Positions 26,842 through 38,800 of a stretch of DNA of 64,000 bases are shown here, one piece after another; within the stretch, counting starts at the first letter, position 1; each line of letters opens with the position of its first letter. A program made the position numbers and the translations under genes. Source of the DNA: Alkalispirochaeta sp. Its GTDB lineage: Bacteria > Spirochaetota > Spirochaetia > DSM-27196 > Alkalispirochaetaceae. The notes under the pieces were generated by a model. It saw only the letters and a program-made list of their open reading frames with translations, was not told where the DNA came from and did no database searches. Location of the stretch: NCBI GenBank assembly GCA_965601925.1, contig OZ271854.1:256001-320000 (forward strand), read 5' to 3'.

Positions 26842-29800
26842 CTACCGCGCGACGATCACCTTTCGATACTCATCCACACCCGGAGCGACTACGCGAATGA
26901 AGTAGATCCCGCGCGCTACGGCCCTTCCCGAGTTGTTCCGTCCATCCCACGCGTGCCGGAAGGTCCCTTGCCCCTGTCGCCCGCGCTGCAACGTCCTGAC
27001 GATACTCCCGTCCAATGAAAACACGTTGATCGTCACCATCCCGGGCCGGTCCAGTTCATACACCAACACCGTGCTCTCACCGCGATCCGGATAGATCACG
27101 TTGTTCAGGATTGTTACGTTCCCCCGCTGCTCGATGAACCCGGTCCCGATCCCGATTCGCCACGGCGCGACGGTACGTGGGTCGCTTACGTCGCTCGACG
27201 TCGCCGCCGCCAACGGTCCGACGCGAAACTGGAACTCCAACACGTCTCCATTCCGCATCTCCGCATCGTTCCCGGGGATCACGAACGTCCGGAGTGCGCC
27301 GTCCACCTCAAACGGTAGTACCGTCCTCGCCGGCGCCGTCGCGCCCGACTCGATCAGCCCCGGTATCACCGTCGGCGACCAGTACTCGCCCACGCGCTCT
27401 TCGTCTCCGATATCGATGTCGTACAACAACGATACCGCCCGGTTCGCATCGGTCGTGTTCAGCCGTCCCTGCAACGTGATATCGGTGCGTGACAGCTCCT
27501 CAGTCCCATCGAAGCTTCGGATCGTTCGAAATCCCCCCGTGTCCGCTCCCGCATCATTGATACCGAACGAGTCGGTCGCCCACAACGGATCGACCACGCC
27601 GATCGCCACGTCCGACAACCGTCGCTCATCGCTCACCGGCATCGCGTTCTCAGCGGCGTCGTAGATCCGATCCGACGCGGTCGGCCGGAGGCGCAGACTG
27701 AACATATCGTCGGCGGTGATGGTGTCCTGCAGCGTCAAAAACGCCTCCAGCACTCCGCCCACCGTAAAACCGCTCTCACTCTGCGACAGGATCTCCAACG
27801 CCGTCGGCGGATTCCCGACCACCGCAAAATCGTTAAACGCGATCGGAATCGTGCGGTCGCTCTCATCCCCGAATACCGGCTCGCTGAACTTAAGATACAC
27901 TCGATTGGCCCCGACGATCGCCAGAGCTAACTCGATATTGGGCGGCGTGCGTTCGATCGCCTGCATCGGCACCGTCGTCGATGGTAACAGATTCCCCGCG
28001 AGGTCGGTGATCCGTGCCAGCGTTGCGTCGTACTCCACGTATAAGTTCGTCAACGAGCCCCACGGATGCGTCGCGCCGGTGCTGTCCAGCTCGATCCGCA
28101 TGTACGCATCGTTATCCGGATTCGCCATCGGTGCTCCGAACACACCTTGATCCTCCACCGTCGTCTCGAACCCTACGACCAACCCCGGCGTCGATAGGTT
28201 ATTGAGCAACGGCACGATATCCACCTCCTCGATCGAAAAGGCGTCGATCGGCGTCAGCCCACCCAAGGTCGAGAATGAGATATCCCGGATTCCCTCGTTC
28301 GCTCGCGTGTTGGTGTGCGTCAGGTCGGCATTGCTCGAAAACCCTTGCGGATCCCACAGCCCGACGCCGGCCGGGTTGTCTTCTTGTCCATCCGCAACAT
28401 TGCCGTAGTCGAGCGACTCATTGTCCAGGATGTGAAACTCAAGATACTGCACCAAGTTCGGCGCGGTCGACGCTACGCGCGTCACGATCTCGGTCGTCAC
28501 AACCTCATTGACCACCGGGACGACATTGACCTCAAAGGTGGAGAAGGTCGGCGGTTCGACGTCCCATGCATTCAGCCATTCGGCCGCGACCGTCGGACCC
28601 GGGGCCACACCCGCGGGGTCTGCGACGACCGTCACCGTATCGATCGTGTGATCAACGGCATTTGCCGCCGGCGATACATCCTGAATCGCCGGATTCGCCA
28701 CGACGTCGATCGTTACGGCGCCCGTCGCGTTTATATTCGGCATACTCCCGTGCCACCCGAGAAACTGCTCCGCCGCCGCCGTTCCCATGTTGTATCCGCT
28801 CAGGTAGATTCGCAGCTCCTGAGCACTGTTATTGAAGGCCCCGGGGCTTGCGCTGTCGGTACGAAATAGTGCGTTTGCGGGTCCTCCGCCGTCTCTCGAG
28901 CCTCGCTCCATCGGCCCGGTACCGTCGGGATCGGTGTAGGTGAAATAGCCGTCCACCAGCACCAGCCCCCCACTGTCCCGAATGTCGCCGCCGATCAACG
29001 TCCCGGCCCCCGCGTCCGCCTCACTTCGTACGTTCTCGGCGGTTGTAGCCAACGCTCCGCCGCCGATATCGATCGGTTCGGAATAAAACAGGTGCAGATA
29101 GTTGTGGCCGTCGTAGGTCCTCGTCGCCGGGTGTTCGTGTCCGGCGCGCCCGTACTCCACGAGATACAAGACCGGGCCTGCACCGTCGTCGGTAGCGGTA
29201 AAGCGTGCCGCTGCGACGTTTGCGCCGTAATTGACGACGCCGTTGTTTCCTCCCGCATCGAAGAACACACCTTTGATCCAGCCGAGATCGGGAACGGCGG
29301 TACGCACGGTACCGTCGCGATCCGTGGCGGTGCCGCTGACCGATGCCGACGCACCGGTGGCGTCGGTGTTCCACGGATTTCCGCCGGTCTCTACATAGAA
29401 CGTCGTTACGTCACCCTCTCCGTCGGTGGTGGTGAAGGTATAGGGCAGCGTATCCGGTGTCGCGTCGGCATCGACGTATGTCGCCACGATTGCGTCCGCG
29501 CCGCCGTTGGTCGACAGGGACGCGATAGCGGCGCCGATCTCGTTGTTGGAGTTCTCGATCGCCTCCGAGAAGGTGAGCCGAATGACGTTATCCCTCACCG
29601 TCTGCGCGTAGGCGAGGTACGGAGCGACGAAATCCCACCCCTCGGTAGCGCTGTCGAGGCCGAAGTCGGTGTTGGTGGTGGCCGGTATCGCAGGAGGCGT
29701 GAACGGGAGAGAGAACGCTCCCGGTGCGTTCGGTACTACCGCCGCCCCGTCAGCCGTTACGTTGTTGTGCGTGTGCGGCGCGACGGCCGACGGCGCCGAA

Positions 29801-32800
29801 ATGCGTCCCTGAGTCACCGTTGAGTTACGTACGTCGCCGTTGAAAAAGACCGCGTACGGCGCCCCGAACGGCGGATTGCCGATCGGGTTCGAGGCGCTGT
29901 TGTCCTGAACCGTGAGCGTCCAGGCTCCGGTAGCGGTCATGTCGGCGCCGTTCACGTAAAAGTTACCGTTCCCGGCACTTCCTACGCTGATCGCGGCCCC
30001 GGCGAGGTCCGGAGAAAACGCCGCGGTCGTACCCACGGCAAAGTCACCGACGGTCGGTGAGTTGTAAGCGCCGCCGCCGGGGTAATACGCCAGCCCTGCC
30101 GCCGCAGGATAGGCGAATAGGGCGTTGTCGGCACCGTCGGTGGTAGCGCGGTCCGCATCGTCGGGGTCGTACGATGCGCCGAAGACGGCGAAGTCGTCTA
30201 CGGTCGATAGGGTGCTGTTGTTGGTTCCCAGGTCGAGGGTGCCGCGATAAAAGATGAGACGCCGCACGGTGATGTCGTTTGCGGGCTGAATCGTGGCACC
30301 GGGAGCGTCAACGTACACGTCGACGGCACTGATGTCGATCGGATTGACCGCGCCGCTCACGGTCGCCGCACCGAATACACGAATGTGGTTGAGCGGCACA
30401 CCGCCGCCCACCGCGGCGTCGAGCACGAGGTTTCCGGTGCCGGCGTCCAACGACAGAACATGTGTGTTCGCGGTGTCGGAGTTCACCGTGTTATCGAAGG
30501 TGATATTCCCACCCGCCGCACCGGTGTCGATTGCAACGTCTCCGGTGAGGGTGACGGGGCCGCTATACAGCACGGCATCGTCCGAAGTCGTCGCGTCGCC
30601 GGACGTAGCGACGGTACCGCCGGCGATACTTACCGCTCCATCGGCGGTAATGTCGCCGCCGAGCGCTATCTGCACCGACGTGGCGTAACTCGCAGCGACC
30701 GGTCCGGTACCGATCGTCGTAATCGCTCCGTTGAAGATACCGTTGGTCCCGGCCAACGAGATCCCTCCCGCGGCATCGGTATCGAGGGCGCCGAATCGCG
30801 ATGTGCCGCTTCCGGCGGTCTGTACGATGACGGCGGCGGTTATCGCCCCGGCGTCCGCCGTTGCACCGACGTTCCCGGCGACATTTGCGGCGGCGGTGAT
30901 CGTGAAGGTGCCGAGGCGCGTACCGCCGACGGCATCGACCAGTACAACGTTTCCGGCGTCGGCATCGAGGGTAAGGTTCTGAGCGCCCGCGGCAGTCGCG
31001 TCGACGGTACTCGCAAATGCGATATCCCCCGCGCCTACACCCGTATCGATCGCTACATGTCCGGACAGTGTTACCGCTCCCGCGAATGATACCGCGTCGG
31101 CGGTGGTCGTAATGTCGCCGGCGGTATTGACCGTCCCGCCGCCGGTTTGCGTAAAGGACCCGTCCAGATTCATGTCCCCGGCGGCCGCGATCAGGAGAAC
31201 ACCGGTGTGGTTGATACTCACCGTCCCCGTGGTTACCGAGTTGTCTATCGTTACGTTTCCGGCGTTTGTGACGGTAAGGGACCCCGGCGGCGTAGTGAAA
31301 CCGACGGTCCCGTTCAAAGCGACGTTACCGGCCCCTGCGTCGAGCGACAGGTCCTCGGTCGATGCGGTCGCCGCTTCGACCGCGGCGAGGGTTATCGTCC
31401 CCCCGCCGCCGCTCGTATCGATCGTCGTGGGGTCGACGCCGAGAGTGGTAGTTGCACTCGTATGGGTGAAGCCGCCGTCGGCGGTCACCGCGGCCGCAAT
31501 CGTCAGACCGGTACCGGTAGTGACCGTCAGCAGTCCCGAGATCGTCGTCGTACCGAGAACGAGAGCGTCGACGTCGTTGAGCGTGACCGCCGTCGCGCCC
31601 GGTAGAGTCGTCTGATCGCCGGTGTCGTCGCTGTCGAAATCGTTCGCGCTGTCGAGCACGATAGCGCCGGTCGCCTGAAGGGACGTCGTTCCGGCGACGG
31701 TGATTACCCCGCTGTCGGTGATACTCGTCGTCACGCCGGTGGAGTTCACGTTGAGACTCCCCGCAAGCGTAACCGTTGGAACGTCGATATCGGTATCGTC
31801 TACGAGCGTCAGGTTCCGCAGATTCGTGACGGGGAAGGCAAGCGTGCCGGTGAACGTATTGTTGGCGGTGTCCAAAATGACATCCGCGGCGGCCCCACCG
31901 CTCAACGTAAATGACGAGTTGCCGCCGACGTTCACCTCGCCGAAATCGGTCAAATGGCCGGCGGCGAGAGTGACGGTGAGATTTCCGGCGGCGTCGACCG
32001 TTCCGAACTCGAGCGTATCGGCGTCCACGAGCACCACATCGGCGGCGCTAACCACGGTAACCGTCCCGCCGTCGGCGCCGTCATCGAAATTGTTTCCCCC
32101 ATCGTTCAGAATCACGTCGGCGGCACCGGCGGTGAACGAGGCGGCTCCGTCGATCGCAAGTGCGCCGCTGTCGGTGATGTCGTGTCCGCCGAGGCCGCCG
32201 CCGGTAACGCTCAAGGTGCCGTTGATATCGGAGGTGCCCAAATCGATGCCGTTGGTATCGAACAACGTGACGTTGTCGGCGCTGGTAATCGCGATCGTCG
32301 CGAAATCGTTGGCGCCGTTATTCAGTGTGACGTCGGCCGCACCGGCGATGATCGTCGCAGTAGCGCCGATGATCAATGTGCCGGTGTCGGTGATATCGTG
32401 ACCGACCGCACCGCCGCCGGTTAGCGTCAACGAGCCGAGTGTACCGCTGTCGAACGCCGTACCGTCGGGATCGCCCACGGTAAATCCGGTCGCGTCCCGA
32501 TACGCGACGACGCTGTTTACAAACGCGGTGGGCACTGTCGCGTCGACGGCGCGCACGCTTACCGTGATAAAGTCGTTGGCGGGATCGTTCAGCGTGAGAT
32601 TGTTCCCGGCACCTATCGTCTGTGCCAGGAGTTCGCCCCCGGAGATGAATGCCGTCTGGACGATACCTCCACCGGCGGCGCTCAAAAAGACCGTACCCGC
32701 ACCGGTGTTCTGGACGGTGTGGTTAATGGAGAGCTGGCCCGCCCCGGTTATCAGCGATAGTGTGCCGGTCGAGGTACTGAGCGCGGCTGCGGTCGAGAGC

Positions 32801-35800
32801 GTCGCGCCGCTTTCTAAGTATAGATCGGCGGTGCCGGTGTCGATTGTCGCCGCCGGTAGCGTCAGGGCGCCGCTTGCGACGACACGCAGCGGCGTATCGG
32901 CGGCGAGATTGGTCGCATTTATGGTAAGCGGTCCGGTGTGGTTGATGAATGCTCCCGCCGGTTGTCCCGCCGCCGCGGCGCCGAGGGAGAGCGTAGTAGG
33001 ATTTCCGTCGGTTTCGATCGGATTGGCAAGAGTCCCCACGGCTCCGCTACTTCCCGCAGCGGTCTGCAGGTTGATCGTGTCGGCACGTAAGAAACCGCCG
33101 GCGTCCACGACGCCTCCCGCCCCCGTATCGATGTCGATTCGATTGATCGCGGCATCTCCCGCTCCGGTATCGATGTCGGCTCCGATCGTCACCGCCCCGG
33201 CGTTGTTGATATCCACGTCGGACGCGGCGTTCTGCGTGATTCCGCCGATTATTAGGGCGACGGTGTTGTTGAACTGAATGTTCGCGACTGCAGTGTTGGT
33301 CGCCGTAAAGGTGCCGACGGCGTGCGCCTCGTCCAGGGTGACGGCGCCGACGGAGGTTACGTCCAAGGTACCGGCGGTAATGCCGGTGACGGCGTCGGTT
33401 ACCGCGCCGCCGGAGTTAACGGTGATGGTCGTTGCCGCCGCTCCGGTTCCACCGAGCACGATATCGTCGGTGTCGGTGACCGATGCGATTCCACCGCCGT
33501 TGACGACGACGGTCCCGAAATCGTTCGCCGCGGTATCGAGCGTGATGGTGTTTCCGCTCGACGAGAGCGTCGTCGTTCCGGTGACGGCCAACGCACCGGT
33601 GTCGTCCATAGTTCCATTGGATGTGAGGGTAAGGGTCGTAGCGGTTGCGCCGACGACGGTCATTGCGCTCCCCTCGACTACGCTCACCGTCGCGCCCGTT
33701 ACATCGAGACTCCCGAAGTCGGCGGTCGATGCGTCGCCGAGTGTTATGTTCGCCGCCCCGGCGCCGGCGGTAAAGGTCCCCAAACCGGTCACCGACACGT
33801 TGCCGCTGTCGGTGATCGCTCCGGTTGAACCCACCGTAAACGTTCCGTCGACGGTGGTCGCCGCCAGATCCACGCCGCTCGTGACGCCGGTCAATGCGAC
33901 ATTTCCCGTCGTGCCCCCGGTGGTCGTGTCGAAGGCGACGGTACCGGCGTAGCTACTCGCTCCGTCCAACGTGATATCCGCCGCCGCGCCGGTGATAAAC
34001 GTCGCGTTGCCGCCGATGGTGACGGCGCCGCCGTCGGTGAGGGCACCGTCGGCGGTGATCGACAGATTCCCGTTAATGTTGAGCCCCGCTTGTATCACGA
34101 AGGGACTCGCGTCGTCGATCGCAATATCCGCAATCGTCCCGGCGCTTGAGAAGGTCACCGCCCCGGTGAAGTCGTTGGTCGCGGTATCAAGAACTATCGA
34201 TTGCGTGTCGGCAACGGTGAGCTGCGTCGCACCGCCCACGGTGATCTGGCCGCTGTCGGCAATATCTCCGGCGACGGCCGTCGCGTCGAGGTTCCCGGTC
34301 ACCGCCGTGAGACCGAAATCGATTGCTGCGTTCTCGAACACCGTTACGTCGGTACCGTCGAGCTGCAACGTGCCGAAGGTGTTGCTGTACGGAGCGCCGT
34401 CGTCATCGATGGTTATCGTGGTCGTCGCATCCAACGTCGTGACGCCGCCGATTGTCAGCGTACCCGAATCGGTGATCGTCCCACCGCTGGTAACGTTCAG
34501 GGCGCCGGTAGCTGAAAGCGCCGCCAGGTCGATGTCGGTGTCGCTGACCACGGTGACGTTGTCGAGATTGGCCCCGGCGAACGTAATCGTACCGGTCAGT
34601 GTGTTGGCCGCCGAGTCCAGCGTAACGTCCACCGCCGCACCGTCGTTCAGCGTGAACGAGGAGGTCCCGTCGACGTCCACCGCACCCGAGTCGGTCAGTG
34701 CCCCGACACCGACTATCACGGAGAGATTTCCCGTTATGGCGATCGCGCCGAGATCAAGGGCGTTCGCATCGACCAGCGTTGCGTCGACGGCGCTCGCAAT
34801 CGACACCGCCCCCCCGTTTGCGTCGGCGTCGAAGTTATTGGCCGCTTCGTCCAGGACGACGTTTGCGGCGCCGGCGGTGAGCGTCGTGGTACCGTCTACC
34901 GAGAGGGCGCCGCTGTCGGTGATATTGTGTCCCGCCGCACCGCCGCCCTGGACCACCAAATTACCGCTAATCGTGGAGGGTCCCAACACGATGGCGTCGA
35001 CGTCCCTTAGCGTAACGTTGGCGGCGCTGGTAGTGGTGACCGTCGTGAAATCGTTGGCGGCGTTATTCAGCGCGATATCGTTCGCCGCACCGACATCGAT
35101 CGTCGTGGCGCCGGTGACGGACAGTATGACGGTCGCCGCGACGGTCGCCGGGCCGCCGTTTCCGATTGCGGCCGTTCCGGTTGCAGTCACCGCAACCGCT
35201 GCTCCGCTATTGGCCAACGCGCCGTTCACCGCGACGTCGACGGTACCGATCGCGTTCCCGTTCATGTCGAGCGTACCGGCGGAGACGGTCAACGTGTCGT
35301 TCACCGTCCATACTCCGCCGAGGGAGGTGTTGGCCGCGACGGTGACGTTCGTGAACGTGTACGCGTTTACCGTCGAGCCCGGCGTATTGTCGAACGTGAC
35401 CGTTCCGGCGGTACCGTTGAGATTGAACGTCGTAACCGTGAGGTTGCCGCCGATCGCCGTCGTTGCGGACGACTCGGTAAAAGACCCCGCTCCGGTGACG
35501 TTACCGTCGATATCGATCGCGCCGGCACTTCCGGTTAACGCACCGGCGACGGCGACGTTGCCGCCGACTGCGAGATCGTGACCGTTGGTATCGAGGGTGT
35601 CACCGACGTTGATGGTGAGATCCCCACCGATCGCCCAGTTTCCGGCCAGGGTAGTGTCGGCATCGATGATCAGGTTATTGAAACTGTAAACACCGGCCGC
35701 ACCGACCGACGAGGGGCCGGCGGTGTCGAAGGTGACGGTTCCACCGTTTGCAGAGACCGTCGCGACGGTGAGATCGCCGCCGATCGCGGTCGTCGTCGAG

Positions 35801-38800
35801 GACTCGGTGAATGCGCCCGCGCCGGTGACGCTCCCGGCGATATCGATCGCTCCCGCACCCCCGATGAAGGCGGTCCCGACGGCTACGTCGGCCGGAATGG
35901 TGATCGCACCGCCGCCGCCGTTGAGCGTGGCGATCGATACGTTTCCACTGAGGGTCGCCGAGCCCGCACCGAGGGTCAGCGTACCGGTACCACCGGCCAC
36001 ACCGCCGACGGCGACCGTGTTACCGCCTCCCTGTCCGGAGGCGTCGAGGATTCCTCCAACCGATAGCGCCCCGGACACCGAGAGATCGTTAGCGGCGGTG
36101 GCAAAGGTGCCGCTGGTGACAGCCAGGTCGTTGTTGACGGTGATGTTCGCCGCCGCGTTCCAGGGCCCCGCGCCGTCAAACTCCAGATCGAAATACGCCG
36201 TACCGAGAAGAAGCCCGCCGCTCCCGCTGTAGCGCACCGCCCCGCTGTCGGTGTTCAGCGTTGCGGTCACCGTTTGGGAACCGTCCAAGGCGATCGTGCC
36301 GATGTTGGTGAGCGCGTCCGACACCGTAAGATTCTGATTCGCCATGTCCAACGTCGCGCCGGCGTTGACGGTGAGATTGCGCACGATCAGCGCGGTGTCG
36401 GCCACCGGCGCCGGGGTAGCGTTGGGAATTATGACGCTGTCGTTCGCCGCCGGATTGCCGTTCGGCGACCAGTTTGTGGCGACGCTCGTGTCGGGCGTCA
36501 CGCCGGCCCATGTGTACGTCGTACCCAAAAAGGTCCAGGCGGTGTTCGAACCCTCACCGGTTGAAGAGTACGCCGTCAGTGCCACGCTTGCAGTACTCTC
36601 CTCAACCGTAGCGAACTGCACCGTGACGCTTCCCGTAGCGTTAATCGTCCAAGCGGCTCCACCGGTCGGTCGTAATTCCACGTTGTTACCCGAGACGCCG
36701 GTTATCGTAAAGGCGCCGGTAACGTTCGTCGTCTCCCCGCTCGTGAAGCGGACGACCTTCCCCGGTGTATCGACGGTAAGATTATTAAACGTTGTGGCTC
36801 CCGATACGACCGACGTGCCGCCGCCGTCGAACGCGACGGTGCCGCTACCGGCCGTGAACGTCCCGGCGCGCGTCCAATCGCCCTCTACGGTGATCGTGAA
36901 AGTGCTCGCGTCTAAGGTACCGGCGGAGATCGAAAGGTCACCGTTCACGTCGAGATCGGCGTCGAGGGTGTAGGTGCCGGTAGAGCTGATCTCCAGATCG
37001 TGGTACTGGTTGCCGATCGCAAGACCGGTCACGGTGGCGCCGGTGTACTCGATCGTGCCGCTGTCGACGTCGAACGGCCCGCCCGCGTTGAGCCCCGTGC
37101 CTTGCGCGACGGTGCCGTCCAGGAGCAGACGCCCCTCGTTGGAAGAGGTTCCGTTGACCGTCAAGGCGTTAGCACCCAGGTCCAACTGCGCACCCGACCC
37201 GATCGTGAGATCGTTGATGCCCTCGTTGCCGGTCAAAATGACGGGATAGCCCGCGCCGTCCCCGGGGAGGACGACGTTGTGCGTGGCCATGTTCGGAAAG
37301 CCGTCGTCTCCCGGCGTTGGGTCCCCCACGTCCCAGTTCCCTTGAACGTTCCAATCGGAGTCCGTGGCGCCGGTCCAGGTGTAGGTGACGGCAGTGTCCT
37401 GAACGACGATGAGGGCCGAGTCGGTCACCTCCGCGATGGTGTCGCCGTCAAACGAAAACTCGAGAAAGAAGTTGGTATCGCTGTCGCCGACCGTGTCCAG
37501 CAGCAGACCGTCGATCGTGATCGAGTCGGGCGTCGCGGTATCGAAGTCGGAGGCGATATCGATCACGGCCGTTTTGTTGCCGTTCTCATATCGCAGCGTC
37601 CCGGTGTAGCCGGCGGCGGGCGTGCCGTCGACCACCGTTTGATCGTCATCGACGGCACCGCCCCCGCCGCCGTTCGTTACCGTCAAGGTTACACTCGCCG
37701 CCGTGTCGAAGGTAACCGCCGCGCTCGTCGGGATCGTGATCCTGATATCGTCGGCGGCGGTGATACTGGGCGTGCTTCCCGCCTCGGTGATGGTAATAAT
37801 AGCGATCGGCTGGTCGATCGCCCCCTCATTGAACGCCGTTCCCGACGCGGATGAGGCGGTCGGCGGAGCATCGGCGATAAACACGACTTGAGGGGCGTCG
37901 TTTACGCCGAGCGTTCCACTTACCGGCAGTCGATCGGTCGTCGTCGGTCCCGGAAGGGCGGCGGTGACGCCGTCGGTGGTTACCGTCAGGGTACTCGTCT
38001 CCGCGACGGCGTTGGTCACCTCGACCCACGCGAGGCCGTCGGAGTTGGTAGAGATCGTGCGCTCGGTCACGCCGAGCGGTCCGGCCTCGTCGCTGGTGGC
38101 GTCGATCGTCGCCGAGCCGTCAATCGAGACGTAGACGGTGCGAACCGCCGGCGCCGGATCGCCCGATGGGTCCACCAACTGGAGTAGGATGCGCTCCACG
38201 GCGCCGACGACCGTCGTTCCGTCGGCCGGCGTAGCGGTTACGCGCTCCGGCTCCTCCGGAAAGTACTCCGCGGCGTAGGCTCGGAAGAGTGACGACCAGA
38301 GCACGCCCACTGCAGCGCCCTGACCGAACCATACCTCGACCGGGTTCTGCGCCGGACCGTTGCCGTCGGTCGTGATCCGCAGGCGCCACGTACCGTTAAC
38401 GGCACCTCCGATCGGATGTTCGGAGAGCGTGATCGCATCGTTTCCCTGTGTAGCGTTTGCCGCATTTAAGACATCGAACGTGGTGCCCTCGCCGGATGTA
38501 TCTACGTCGCCGTCGATCAGGGCGCCGGTGGTATCGAAGAGCTCGGGGCCGGTCGCAGTTTCGCCGTTGTCGAAGTCCCACGTAAAGACTTGAATGTTGC
38601 CCGTCGCGTCCTCGGGCACGAAGGGATAGAGGTCGAACGTCACCCCCGCGCTTTGGGAAAACATCGGTGTCCATGTGTAGGCGAAGGCGCGCACGTCCGG
38701 GATACTCGCGGGCGAGCCGGAGGCGGTACCCCAAGCGTTACCGTAGTTCGTGCTGGAGACGTCCAGCCGGTACCCGTTTCGGTCGCCGGTGGCGGTGACC

